NCBI GenBank assembly: GCA_050084515.1
Contig: CM114271.1
Coordinates: 30,194,001-30,258,000, forward strand
From: Blasia pusilla
Taxonomy: Eukaryota
Reading direction: 5' to 3'
Length of the DNA stretch: 64,000 nt
Both the position numbers and the translations under genes were made by a program. Shown here in pieces: positions 24,550 through 38,000 of this stretch. Position 1 is the first letter of the stretch, and every line of letters starts with the position of its first letter. The notes below the pieces were generated by a model that did no database searches, was not told the DNA's origin, and was given only the letters and a program-made list of their open reading frames with translations.

Positions 24550-27200
24550 TCGAAGCTCCACCCGCTAAAGCAGTCTCTAAGGGATCCATATGTAACATGG
24601 ATGCATGGAAATCTCCAAACTATAGGCACTAGTAAGGTGCTCGTGCTTCCCATTGGAAATATAGTGTTTGAAGAGTTTATAGCCCGTGAAATGAAGGGAT
24701 AATGATGTTGCATATAAATTCAAATTTTTTTCTTGTTGTATGTAACATGTGAAATATTTTTTTGTTGTCGAGTTGCCTCGAGTCAAACATAGAGGTGTTT
24801 GCAGATCAAGAAAATACTCTTCGAGCAAGGAAAGGTACCTTTTGGTTGAATTTCCAAAAAATCCGCGAAATGAAATAAAAGGTCTCGCGAGATCTATGGG
24901 CACCTTTGAATAATATTAGGTCGAAATGTTGTAGCATTGTGTATTTAGGATTGAGCGCTCATCATTTTCATGTACATCAATTTCATAAGCTTCATTATTA
25001 AGTAGCATTGTCCTTGATGTTGTCATGTTCATGCCATATGACTTTATCTAGGTTAACATCAAGTTGTGTTTCAATTACATGGCTACTATCTCATTTGTGT
25101 ACACTCTTGGACAACGAAAGTTGTCATGAGATCATGTGTGTCAATGATGGTTGTTTTGATCTTACCATATGCACATTCATGAAGGTGTATCCACTTCGGC
25201 ATTGCACACAACATCACCTCATTTTCAATATGGAAATGGTAAGTAGAATAAAAAAACAAAATTCATTTCATTGGGGCTATGTGCAAAATTGAAGGATTGG
25301 GTGTCACTCGCTTTCTTGTAGATTTTTCTTGAACAACTCAATTTTCTTGCAGTCGAGAGTTTGGAAAAACTAGCATTACCATCTTCAACTGATGTGTATG
25401 CACCTCATTGATATCACTGAAGAGAATCATTTTCTTCCCTCACTGATGGAGGGTAGAAAATGTCACAACTAACACTAGTCGATGCTTTATAACATCGTGA
25501 AGGTTTCCGCTATGGAAGCGCGACATTATATGTACGAGTCTCCAGAGACAAGGAGGTGAAAGGCATAGGGTATGTTGTGTAAGCACTACCTTGCGACGCA
25601 TTTAAGAGCCTGAGGTACGATCGTAGAAACTGTACTATGTGCAAAATTGAGAAATAAAAAAAGGCATTGCATACAAAAAATTCTCATTTTGATTGTGGAA
25701 ATAGGAATGGTTGACCAACATGGAAAATTTTATTTCATTGGTGCAATGGGAAAAATTGAGAAATGGCTTAAGGGGATTGGTTTTGCATACAAAGTTGATT
25801 GAATTGTCAAGACCTCCTGATGGAAGCTCTCTAGTAATCCCAACACATTGTGTTAGGACCAGTTGAAAGTGTTTTGTTAAGGTTAATTGGTGGAGCACAT
25901 CCAAGCCAATAATATGATTTGTAAGTTTGTTTCTCCTACTAATATAAACCTCCTTTCATACATTTCAAAAGTATGTGAAGTTGCATGTTATTGGGATTTG
26001 ACGTATGTAGTGAAGCTGGAGTAGTAGAATATGAATTCCAAAGAAAATAGAGCATATGATTGGAGTTTGTACTGGTTTGATTTCGGATGGATGCATGTAT
26101 GGTGAATCTTCATTATTTTGTTGGAGCAATTGGAAGGAGAAAATTTGACGAGATTATGTCTACTACTTGCATTTTTTAAGGACCTTATACATTTGGTTAT
26201 GGCTAAAGCAAACATTGTGTTAAAGATGGATTCATAGCCTCCTAAGGACAAAAGTTTGTTGGACCTAGAGGATGATGGCAACATGGAAAAGGCCATAGAT
26301 ACCCCTAATGGGAAAACATTTTCCAAGACGGATAGGAAAAAGTTGATCTTAGTGATCACCGATGAAATGTTGAAGTTGCATCTTAATGTCAATATGGATA
26401 AGGATGTTCTTCAAGGGAAGATAGAGAAGGTGCATTATACAATTGGTGAACTTGCCAGAAAACCAAAGGAGAGTAATTATAAGAGGGATTAAGCACGTTT
26501 CAATGGATTTGCCTTATTTGAGGAAATTCATTCAAAGAATAAGATGTTAGTAAGCAAGAAAATTGTGAAGCTAAAAAATTACAAAGTAGATCAAGGGTAT
26601 AGTCGTCCACTATAACCATGTGGATAGTCCCTCTTTAAGAGTTAATCAAAGATCATGATCTAATAAAGGTCATTCTCCAAGGTCATAGTTAAACAAACAA
26701 GGCTATCTTCTCCATATATCTTTAGAATCATTGGGCTTTTATTCTTGCCTCATGATGTGTCAATCTTCTTCTTGGTAGGTTGGAGATGTTTTTGGTGCCA
26801 TAGAGAATCCAACATTAACACAAGAGAGTACTACTATTGCCAACGACAAAGGAGTTGCCATGAGAAGCCCAACTACATGGCTCGACACTTGACAAGTCCA
26901 CTAGGATAAATGACCTCATGCAAGGTCTTAGAGGCCTACATGAGAGTTTTGAAGGGAAAACCCTCAAGAAGTTCATTTGGATGGCTTTCAAGGATTCTAC
27001 CAATTGGACTTAGAACCTCGCAACCTTTCTCGCTCGTATGATACCACATGAGCAACTTGAATTGGATGCACTTACATTTTGAGTGTCTTGTGGATGTGAA
27101 CAATGATATGGATTGTGTAGCAACGTATATATGTGCATGACAACATGCTACACTTATCGTGGTGTAGTTACAATGATGTATATTGGAATGTCTTGACAAG
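24550..27200 (+). pseudogene. Possible heavily decayed MULE/SWIM-type transposase remnant
   Basis: W......KVLVLPIG..FEEFIAREM resembles the N-terminus of plant MULE-derived SWIM proteins. The remainder is AT-rich with many stops. This is a weak call. Confidence 0.3.
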
Positions 27201-28118
27201 TATTACACTTTGCATTGAGTCAGTGCAAAATGTAATCAAATAAGAAAGAATTAGTGCACAATTTAGAAACCTATGACCATATTAATTGAAAAATATATGA
27301 AATCTTGTGTTTCGTTGATAGTCATTTTTCCATAATTTATGCTATGATCTTGACTTTTGAGCATGTCTATGAAAAGCTCCAAGGTTCTCCCATCTTTTCA
27401 CCACCTACTCATTCATGAAATTCTTTTAATGAATTAGGACGAGATATATATTGTGAAAGGTGAAAAGTACTGAAGAGGCATTGAGCTTCAAAGTGAGTAC
27501 TTTCAGAATCCTAAATATGCCAAGATCAAATGTTCACAAGAATTTCCTTCCACCAATTGGAACTACTCCTAGTAGCGAGGTTGGAGATTCCATCCCTTCC
27601 GAACTACGCATGTTCTATTTGATTTGATTTTTTAAAATAATAAAAATTGCACCTAATGGAAGAAGTGGATATCTTTCTTTTGGTCCTAGCCTTTCCCTTT
27701 TATTGCATTACTATTATTGTATTCTTTTGGAAAAATTTTGGGTTTTGCCTCAAGAGGTACCAAGTTGGAAGGTATGATTGTCACGACCAAAATTGGACAA
27801 AAACGATTCCAATAATCTTTGTTTAGATCAAAGTTTAATTTTTCTAGCCGTCACACAAGAAGATAAACTCAATCCCTTTATCAAATTTCAAAACGATTGT
27901 TATTGGGATTAGAGTAGGAGGAAAGAAACCTTTTGTATTTGAAGATTATTGTCTAAAATTTTGAGTTGGATTAAGTTTTGGGTCTTACATTTTCTTATTG
28001 ATGAGATTTGAATCCTCAAAATTGTTGAAAATTTATGTATTAATTGGAAGGTACAATTTTTTATACACTTCTTTCACAAATATTTTCATTTTAGGCGGGT
28101 CGTGAACTATTGAGAAAA

Positions 28119-28147
28119 GATCCTTGCATCGCACGATCCCTTACTAG
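28119..28147 (+). mobile_element. Helitron-type 3' end (hairpin + CTAG)
   Basis: GATCCTTGCATCGCACGATCCCTTA-CTAG|T resembles the plant Helitron end (CCGTGCATCGCACGG-like hairpin, short spacer, CTAG, then T). Confidence 0.5.
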
Positions 28148-29723
28148 TTATTACTAGTAATGGTCAATGGCGTGCAGGAAAATGATTTGCTACAAAAATT
28201 TCAATGTTGTTAGAGTATTGACCTTAGATTGATGTCCAATAATATATTCCCACAATACTTGTGTTCATGTATCATTTATATTATTATTGGAGTGTCTTCT
28301 TCCTTCGCAAATATCTTTTTATTTGACATTTGACAATCTAACAGCCAAAAACTATTTTCCAATCTACAATCAAATTTCTTTTTGTGTTTATCATGATTAG
28401 TACCTTTGCTCCTTTCATGGCTTGGGATGCACACGAGTTGTCAATCTATCTAATAATTGGCGACCACTTACACGTAATACGACAATTTAGCAAAATAATA
28501 AGACAAAATAGACAACATCTTAGAATTTTGTTGCTTTATCCCTATTAGATGGGTAGAAATAGAACAAAAGAAACGAATAAGGATTTGAGTAGAATATATA
28601 TATTAATCAACTAATGGTTTATTGAATACTATAATGGATTATTATAAATATAAAATATGATAAAAAAGAAAACTTTTACAATTTTTACCTTCATTTATAT
28701 TTAATGGAAAAAAGAAATAAAAATTTGATGAGGAATAGATTTTGTTTAAATTTAATGGAAAAAATTGCTTAATGTATTAAAATATCATTAAATTTGAATG
28801 GTGGATTGTAATTACTATAAACATTGGAACGTTATTACTTTTTATAGATTTTAGAAAATAAAAAATATATTTAAAGTAAATAATATGATGAATTTCTTAA
28901 ATAATCATATCAATTCACACGTGATAGGTTGAGAAAGGAAAATGAATTGAGAAGGAAATTGATGTACTTAATTAAATTTAGTTAAAATTTTGGTTAGTGA
29001 ACGTTGTTTTTCTCGGGAAGGGAAAGAATGATTATTGTTTGGATTTGCACAGAGTGTAATTATTTAGGTTTAGGGCAGATGGATGTTATTTAAAAGTTAA
29101 AATTTTAACTCTTTTAATTTTCAAAAAAATAAAAATTATACTTAAAATAATTAAAATTTAAATATAACTTTAGAAAATTATCATTGACGCATGATAATGA
29201 GACAAGAAAAATATTTCACATATTAAAAAAAATTTAGAATTTATATACAATATCATAATTCCTTAGCTAACAAAAGTTTTTCATCTTTATTTTCCGTGCC
29301 CGATATCTTCCTAGTTCCTTTCAATCCCATACATTATATGGGCATCCACTCGCGACTTTCCGTGTAGAACTTTTCTGAAATTAGAAATTCAGACATGTGT
29401 TGGTGTGTCATAGTCATGAGTGAGAGATGAACCCTCGGACGTACAAGCCCCACGCAGACGGCGGACCCCTAAAGTCTAGCCTTGCCATCAGCAGTAGATA
29501 ATTCACCCGCATTTCCGAGTTTCTGCGTGCAAATCTTCACGACACCGCACAGAAACTCCGCAGCATTGGAGGTGACCTTCTATTTGCTGTTTACCATGTG
29601 GGGGCCTGGCAAAGTCAGACACTTTCTGTGCTAGGCCAACGAAGGCAGACTCGTTCTCTCGTACTAGCTGGCTATCGTCTATGTATTCACGTTCCACGGT
29701 GCACATTTGGAACGAAAAGCGGT

Positions 29724-32020
29724 CTACAATGTGAGGGTGAGCACGTACATGTCGTCCAATCTATCGTTGGATTCGGAATTTCCACCATACACCAGCATTG
29801 ACTTTCCGAATGAGGCAGCTGCGTACCATCCTCGTGCTCCTGGGTCACTGCCTTCCTCGACTGTTACCTCTGGTTTGATCCAAACACGTGTTTCAGAGTC
29901 TAGCACATACACTTCACTAGAAAATGCACCTGCACCCATGTGACCCAGGTCACTGGGATCGATTTCTCCTCCATATATGATGATGTACTTGTCGACAGCT
30001 GCAGTGCCGAACACACTTCTTCCGGGGAACTTTTCTCCAGAAGTTTCAATTTTCTCCCAAGTAGAGGTTTCTGGATCAAATCTGTGAATGTCACTCAACT
30101 CCACATCGTTAAAGCCAAATATGACCCATAATTCCCCGTTCACCACGGCCAGCCCAGGCCCCCCTCTCGCTATGAGCTTGCTCTCTGGTGGTGGCGTGGG
30201 CTGGACTTTCCATTCTCCAGTTGCAATGTCAAAGACCCACAAGTCACTTAAACGGCCGTTCTTACCACAGCCTCCGAACGTGTACAGCTTCTTTCTATCC
30301 TCATCTGCTGCCATCGCATGGTAACTCCTGTCACCAGATACAGTTTATGAGCACGAGGACTAGTGAAAAATCTACACTTTATCGTTGCTAAGTTCAAGAA
30401 ATGGGGTTCTGAAGTTGAAATGAATCAGGGAGAGAGATGGGCTTTCACTCACTAACCTGTGAGGTGGGCTTGTATCCTCTCTAGAAAGGAGCTTCCACTC
30501 TCCAGTTGCAGTACTGTAGGAATAGAACTCATTGAGCTCCTCGTGCTCCTTGTCTCGTCCTGCAAACACGTAGATTACCTCGTCCACGACGGCCATCGTT
30601 ACCCCCACGCGAGGCAAGGGTGGCTCTCCTTCGCTTGGTGCCACAGACCAAGTCCTCGTTTCCAGATCGAAGACATGGACCAAGTTATCGATAGGCACTC
30701 TGGGCTCAAACTCCCCTCCGAAGACAAAAGCCTTGTGGCCAACCACAGCGACAGCATGGGAGCTCCTGGCCTTGGGTGCACCCTCGTGTTGTGTAACCTT
30801 CGCAGTCCAGAAAACTGTCAGTGGTGACAACAACATAAACCAGTGCATAGTTCCATTGGCAGGGTAGGAAAGAGCAAGATGTCTGTTAAAGAGGGTTGGA
30901 ACCCTGCCTCTAGATCCAAGAGAGGAGGATGCCTGACAATCATGCCCATGCTTGCACGACCGAAGCCATCAGAAGTGACCATCATTTGAGAAGTGAGTCT
31001 CTGGTCCGACAGCTTGTGTAAACGAACTAGACGGAACTCGTTTGCATGTGCTGGGACAAACTGGACTTGAACTGTTTCAGACTCCAGTTGCGAAACATAA
31101 TCATAAACTGAACCAGGATAAATCCAATTCCTGCACCTACTTGCTACTTTCTTAGAATTCAGGCAGCATTGGGCTCTTACTAAGAGCCAACATATGGATC
31201 TATCTGAGACCGCGGCGGTGTCTGCAGAGCGACTGCAATCGCAGTAGAAATCACAAGGAAATGCAAAGGACAAGCGACCAGGAATCAAGAGAGTACACCC
31301 ACAGATATGACCGAAGCCACCGCAATCAAGCTACAGAGAGCTACAACTATAGACCCTTCGGCCCCACTCATGACCTCTCAATCTCTGGAAACAGTGTTGT
31401 CCGAGTCTCAACGGCTGATTAGCACATCGCCCTTTCCATGTGCCCAACCAACATCGAAGCTATCTCCAAGCATCATTAGATCAAACTTCAATTATCCCCC
31501 GCCAATCTCCACTACCAGTTACACAACCACGAGATCGTCCCCAACCATTCTCAGATCACTCCCAATTCGTGATGAAGAAGAACCTATTCTCCCCTTCTCG
31601 ATCACTCAAACTCGATTCATCCCCACGATGTTCGTGTCGCTGCCTATTTGCAACCAAAAACAGGCTAAATTCCACCTCTCGAACGCTAAAATTTGACTCC
31701 CCACCATCGCTCCCAATTTGCCACAAACAACCAGCTACCATCCACCTCTCAAATAGTCTAGACCCTCCACTATGGCTCCAAATTTACCACCAACAAGCAG
31801 CTACATTCAACTTGTCAACCCCTCAAAGTCGACACCCCACGATCACTCCCAACCAACAAGCAGCTCACATTTCACCTCTGAAATATTCAAACTCCACCTA
31901 CTCCTGATCGATTCCTTGATTATAATTGGTGAGTTAATGGTGCGGGGAATTCCTCGGAGGGAAGGAGGGAGAGAGAGATACCTCACGCCATGAGGCTCGC
32001 AGGTGGCTGGCGGGGGACAT
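29724..32020 (-). CDS. Kelch-repeat protein, nitrile-specifier (NSP5/At3g07720)-like, 327 aa; exons 32020-31982, 30797-30457, 30327-29724
   Basis: MSPASHLRASWRE|VTQHEGAPKARSSHAVAVVG, PRVGVTM, PPHR|SYHAM, ARGGPGL, GGEIDPSDLGHMGAG, PGARGW, NDRLDD. Phases are consistent (984 nt). The short first exon is the least certain part. Confidence 0.9.
31630..31905. repeat. Degenerate ~62-70 bp tandem repeats in intron 1 of the Kelch gene
   Basis: A core like CCAACAAGCAGCTA..TTCCACCTCTC recurs at ~31651, 31722, 31788 and 31850. Confidence 0.6.
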
Positions 32021-34851
32021 AGTGAGGTTCAAAGCAAGAAAGAAACACTGCGTCTAGTCCACTCGACCCCCTCGTGAATGCACAAACGGAGCTGCAAGCC
32101 TCCCACTTATGCAGTCGCAGAACGTTCCTAGTCGAGTCAGCAAAGTCGAAACCCTGCTCCTTCTCGAATCCCGCACCAGAGGAGAACGCCAGACACATCG
32201 ACACGCGCTCCGCTCGTGGGCCCCAACTTCAGGGGATTTCTCTTCGGGCGTTCGACAATAAACATTCGCCATCTCCCACGACTTCCTACGATCTCTACTC
32301 TGCTCTATTGTCATTCTTTCTTTTCCGCTATTTGTTCACCGTACGCCATTCTCTCACGGCACAACAACTGTACCCAACTATTTTGGCCCATTTTCTCTTC
32401 TCTCCCCGTTCCCTTTCGGTGAGCTTTTTCGTGCTTTTTCTCAGGAGGATTCCTAGATTTCCACCTCGTCAGTTAAGGCTGCAGGATGCTCAGGTCCCTC
32501 ACGCACACACTCTTATTTTATTTGCCACTGTATTAGTAGGGTCATTCAAAGCGAAGTCCTCTTGGAGTTCAGCCACCTTTTCTGATTTGTGTTCTAGTTA
32601 GTTTAACGGTGGGTTTTCTTTTAAAATTAAATAATAAACATTTAAAAATATTTATTGTTTCCATTTTTTAACTCGAGAGGACTTTCATACAATAAATATC
32701 AGGCCCCATATTCTATTTGGGGCTCGTGCGTTGAATTTTGTTAAAATGGCTTCCTTTTCTAACCCACTTCCCACTCGAGGATGTTTGGGTCCCTTGGTTA
32801 CCAACCAAATAGGCTCCTCTTCCTATTTGGTTGTATTAAAAAAACACTTCCCGTTAGAATTCACTATTTTAATTCTTTTGTATTTTATGCAAACAACTTC
32901 CAGCTTATATAATTTCAGTTGTCTCGTTTGGAGAAAACTCCATTTTGGAATCCTAGTGTGAACTCAAACTATTTGAGGGTTGAAGCGGATCTCCATCGAG
33001 TCCCAGTAGTAGCTCTTTCATGTAGTGTTTCTTTTACTTTGGAGGTGTTGAGTTTGATAGAGGTGTCCTTGAGGAGCCTTTAGTGAGAGCTACTACTACT
33101 AGGTAATTTCATTTGCAAGAAGTGAAAGGCCTCCTATAAAGAACTCTTGCAATGCTTAGGTTTTGGAGAAGCAAGAATTTAAGTATTAGTGATGCAAAAA
33201 TTTCACTCATTTAAAATTTCCCACTTTTTTATTGTGGGTATAGGAAAAAGAGTCCAAGGGACACCACATAGCAAATATACGAAGGAGGTTGACTCTAGGT
33301 TGAATATCTTTTCCAACCAACCAAGGGTAGGACCCAAGCAATGAAGAAACACATCTCCATGCAGTACTAGAGCCACTGTCACCACCTATATGAACTTCTA
33401 AGGAAAAAATTATCCGTACACGAACAATAACTATGAATGAGTATTTCCGCCAATTGAAAAATGTTTTATTAGGCTCACAAATATCGACTCCACTTGCATC
33501 GAAGCCAATAAAAGGCTAAGTCATCAAAGGGACCTAGGACTAAGATATTAACTCCACATACCCTTGAAGTTTGTAAGTTTTTTAAAGAGGAATCTTATCC
33601 ATTCCAGTCTAGCTCTCAATGAGCTTGGATGAGTCAAGTCTATCATAGTCATTACCTCAAATGAAGGGACAAATAAAAATGCTCTCTTAATTCTGGCCTC
33701 TTTTAATGTGCTGAACATAAAATCCTCAATCATATTGACTAGACGATTGGATGCATAAACTATGTTTTAGAGTTTCCAACTTATCACTCCAAATTTTTTT
33801 TCTAGAGAACATTTCTTATAAGTACACCTTCTTTACTGCGTCTAAGATCATTTCCTAATATAATGTGAAATGATGAACCACAAAGTCATGAATGGAATTT
33901 TTAGAATAAAAAATTGATCTCCAATGTTTCTCCATGTGATCATCTCAAGATATATAATAGTTCGAGAACATCCTAGAGTTACCAACCAAGTATAATTGGA
34001 TTTTGTAACACTTTAAAATCTAATTAAATACCAATTTTGCTCAATTAAGATTCATTTTGAGGGGAAACACGTCTTTAAATTTTGTGATGCTGATTTATTC
34101 TTTATCTGCAAAAAAAATCTCTCTGTTGGGGCAAATATAAATAATTTCTCTTTTTTGTTGTCTACTCACATCTACACTTCCTTTCAATCACCAAGTAATC
34201 ACTATCATTCATTGTCCATTTTCTAAAACACAACAAGGTGGAGGAAAATTTAATTTCTTAGTCTAACTCGAGTTTCTGATAGGCGGAGGACTCCTTCTTC
34301 CAATTCAAGAAATCCACTCTCATCCTCAATGTTACCTCTAATCTTCAACCCTTCAACGATCCTATTACAAAACCAAGGTCTTCTTAATAAGTTCTTATCA
34401 ATATTCCCCACGACAAGAAGAGTAAAGTCCTCTTCTTTGATTGACTAACTTCATGAGTAAAAGTCTTTTGCAACGCCAAAGATAGAAGACTCCCCTTGGA
34501 GATTTCTCTTCACAATCTACTCTAAATTCTCAATACACACCCTCTTCTCATTTTTCTTGAATAAGTCTGTATCATTGGCAACACCACGATAGTAATTATC
34601 ATCCATATTCACACATGCATGAAACACTTATATGGTACAAGAGTTTTTTTGGAAAAAATGCCGACTCTTTTCTTTGGCATAAATTCATAAGACAAATTAT
34701 TTAGAACTATCTAAGTGATCCTATCTTGTATTTCTTACTTGAAAAAGATAATCCATCTCTGCCACTCATACCTCTAATTCCTAACAAAAATCCTATACAA
34801 CAAAGAGTCACACCTCTTCAATTCTCAGGATTTCCAAATTTTGTTGATAAT

Positions 34852-35067
34852 TCGCATAAGGCTCTCGTGGCTATATTGATACGTGTAATTAGCATAACTG
34901 TTGTACAATGGTCTTCAACAACTATTATAAGGAAATCCACCATCACACCTCCCCATATGCCTTTGAGCTTGTTCAAATCCATCTTCATATTCCAAATAAT
35001 TGAAGCCTCTTCTTGAATATCATGTCCTAATGAAACGTATCAATATAGCCACGAGAGCCTTATGCGA
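34852..35067. repeat. Perfect 33-bp inverted repeat with a 150-bp spacer
   Basis: TCGCATAAGGCTCTCGTGGCTATATTGATACGT (34852-34884) is the exact reverse complement of 35035-35067. Confidence 0.95.
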
Positions 35068-38000
35068 TTCGTCTTGCTCCATAATCTCCACGTCCACGTC
35101 CTCCCCTATATCTCCTCTATATCTTTGTTTCCTCTTTTGACTATAGCTCTTGACTATTAGAGTTGAAACTATTTCTTCTTGAATGTCTCCTCTCTCTTCA
35201 TCTTTAGGATCTCTCATATTTATATATTTCCACATCTTCTCCTAGAAAATCCTACAAGTCTTCTCTTCAAATCCATTTCTTTGTCAAGCATGTGTGTACC
35301 AAATAAGCTCCCGCGTAGGTAATTGTGGCATTCTTCTCCACCAAATCAACGATTTTTTGTCGCACTACTCCTCAGATTTATTGGCCCCAATTCACCAATA
35401 TTTCCTTCCACGCCTCTCAATGAAAATGAAGGAAATTGATGTGTAATCCAACTTGTTAACTTAGGAAAAAGATAGATAGAAGCACTTTCATAAATAGCTT
35501 GAAATCTCCATCTTGAAAGTCCTCGACATCATAGCCATTTATTATCTTTGACTTTAGAGGATTATTGAAGAGAAAGTGAATCTGTTTAATCAATGCTTAG
35601 ACCTTGCATACTACTTAATTCTTTGCGATTCTCCTTGTATACTTCAGCCCACATCTATGCATCCCACATCTTTGGTTGGTAAGGAAGCTCATCTTGTCCT
35701 TCAAAAAATTCCTTCCTTGAAGTCACTTAGAAGGCCCCTACAAGTACGCCTTAAAATATAATGCCTCAAAGGGACTACGCCACATCATTGTTTTGCACCC
35801 TTAATAGAGAGGCACTCCTCAGAGACGTGTGTAATGTTTATAAGTATGCTTCGTGCATGAGATGTCCCATCAATGCTATGCATTTTAGCCTACTTCAATT
35901 TTGACATATTTTGAAACTTTCCAAGAGCGCGTATGGAGCTATGGGTGATTTCTTTTCCATATTCATTCCCAAGTCTCTATCATCCGCTACTTCTTTTCTT
36001 ACTTTGCTGGACTATAATGTTTTAGTCTTCGATTCTTATGCTTTAGTCTATGAGCTCGTGTTAAGATCTATTCAATGTGGAGATTATTGTGGTGGTCGTT
36101 CCTACACTAGCGCATTCAAGTTGTTTTGCTTTCTGAGCTTCTCTATCATAGAGTGCTTCGTGTTCAATTCACCAACGCACTGTTGTTATTATTAGATGCC
36201 AAAAGATATATTTTCTTTGGCACCCTTGGGAAATTCTTTAATATTTTCTCTGGTTGGTTTTTTTATTTCCAATTATCAATGCTTTTGCTCGAGATTTCTA
36301 CCATCAATTGTATTTATGCACGTTTCTATTATTTTCTATGTCTAGTGTGTCTTAATAAAATGAAATATCTATTTTTTGTTATCTACATTAGATTGATGAC
36401 TCAAAGTCTCTTATGACACAATCTTTTCGTCCGATAATGTTTTATACATTTGCAATATCTGTTGCTCTTGGTCTTGTGGTTTGAGTCGTATGTCATGTAA
36501 AGTTCTTGGCCTTGTTGTGTACTTGCATTGTTGGAGCCGAGGCTCTTCAAGATAATCTTCTCCTTATCGTGATTCATCTATTACTACTCTCAAAGGATTG
36601 TTTACATTAATCCACTTAGGGTCTCTTCCTCATTTACGGTTTTCCTCTTATCCGCTTATAAAAAATTGGCTCTTTGTTTACATAAAATTTGTGAGTCTAT
36701 TGGTCATTTTTGTAATGCATAACTTTACACGCTACGATTTAGGCCTCAATTTATATCTAATGCAGTTTTTCCCTCTGAAATTAATTTTAATACTAGGGTT
36801 TGCTCAATAGGCATATTCAACTTCAGATTTTGTACAACTCATGACAACCCACCAAATACTCATAAATTTTAATGATCATCATCTTGCGTATGATAGTCTC
36901 CAATTCCTCTATAAAGTCTTCTTTGACTTCGAGCCAACTTGAACTCCCGTATCGCTTACCATCATCAAAGTAATTATCCACAATAATTAAAAATCTTAGC
37001 TCTCTTGGAAAGATTGTACCAATTCAATACCTAATCTGATTCATTTTTTGTGACTTGAAGTTGACCCAAGTCACGAGCATCCACATCTTCAGAGTAATTT
37101 CAAATATGTTTGTTATCTTTTATATGTCATTCATCTTCTATGTTACCTTTCTTCAATTCTGAGTGAATTACAACCACTTCTAATAGCATATATTCTATCT
37201 ACCTACATATTCATATACCTTGCATATGTGTTTGTTGTTGAAGTTTAATGATTAAGTAGAGACATTACGGTAGCACTTATAGTTTTGTATTACTAACATA
37301 TTTATCAGCAATCACATTATTCTACTAGTATGCTTAGAGGACAATACGTTTTCATGTTTATATTGTTGAGGATCCAATAATTTTCAACACATACCTACAC
37401 TTATCCTTAAAATGTTATATTTTATTTAATATAGAATCCTAGAACATTGAAGGTACTCTATAGATATAGAATAAAATAAAGAATCATATAAGGGTATTAA
37501 GGGGAGGGTTCATAAAATCATACCATCAATACTCATTAGTAGGATAAGAGCCTTACAACTGTAAGCTTTCCACTCCAATTTGCAAAAATATAATATTCAT
37601 AGCTCCAAGCCTCTCCACTCATCTCTGTCTCCACTAACAACTACTATGAGCTCATAATTTCCTCCTAATGGAAGCATATTTGCTCTCATAATTCCTTATG
37701 TACATGCATTATGAGGCTTTAAGCTTACGTGCAGTGGCATGGTGTAAGACTATTTGAACCTTGGTAAAGTGAATGTCCTTACATTGTAACCAAACTATCA
37801 ATTTGTAGCCATTGTACAACCATCAAACAGATCTTGCTATATATTGAATTTCAGTCAGATTTGTTGACCTCTTGCATATCCGGTGTGGTGTCTTGCCATC
37901 AACACACAAAACCTTTTTGTCACATCATTCAAAACAAAAAGTTCTACAATTTCTATTATGTTGTAAATATTTGCAACCTCCTAAAATTATCAATCTGCAA

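Noticed and set aside
30818-31288. 156-aa minus ORF as an alternative N-terminus of the Kelch gene
   Set aside because: No Kelch similarity. The short exon at 32020-31982 gives the expected W-x-x|V start and a protein of normal length.
32700-36500. Possible hAT transposase remnant on the minus strand (a WW..P motif near 35330)
   Set aside because: No ERxFS or other supporting motifs; too decayed to call.
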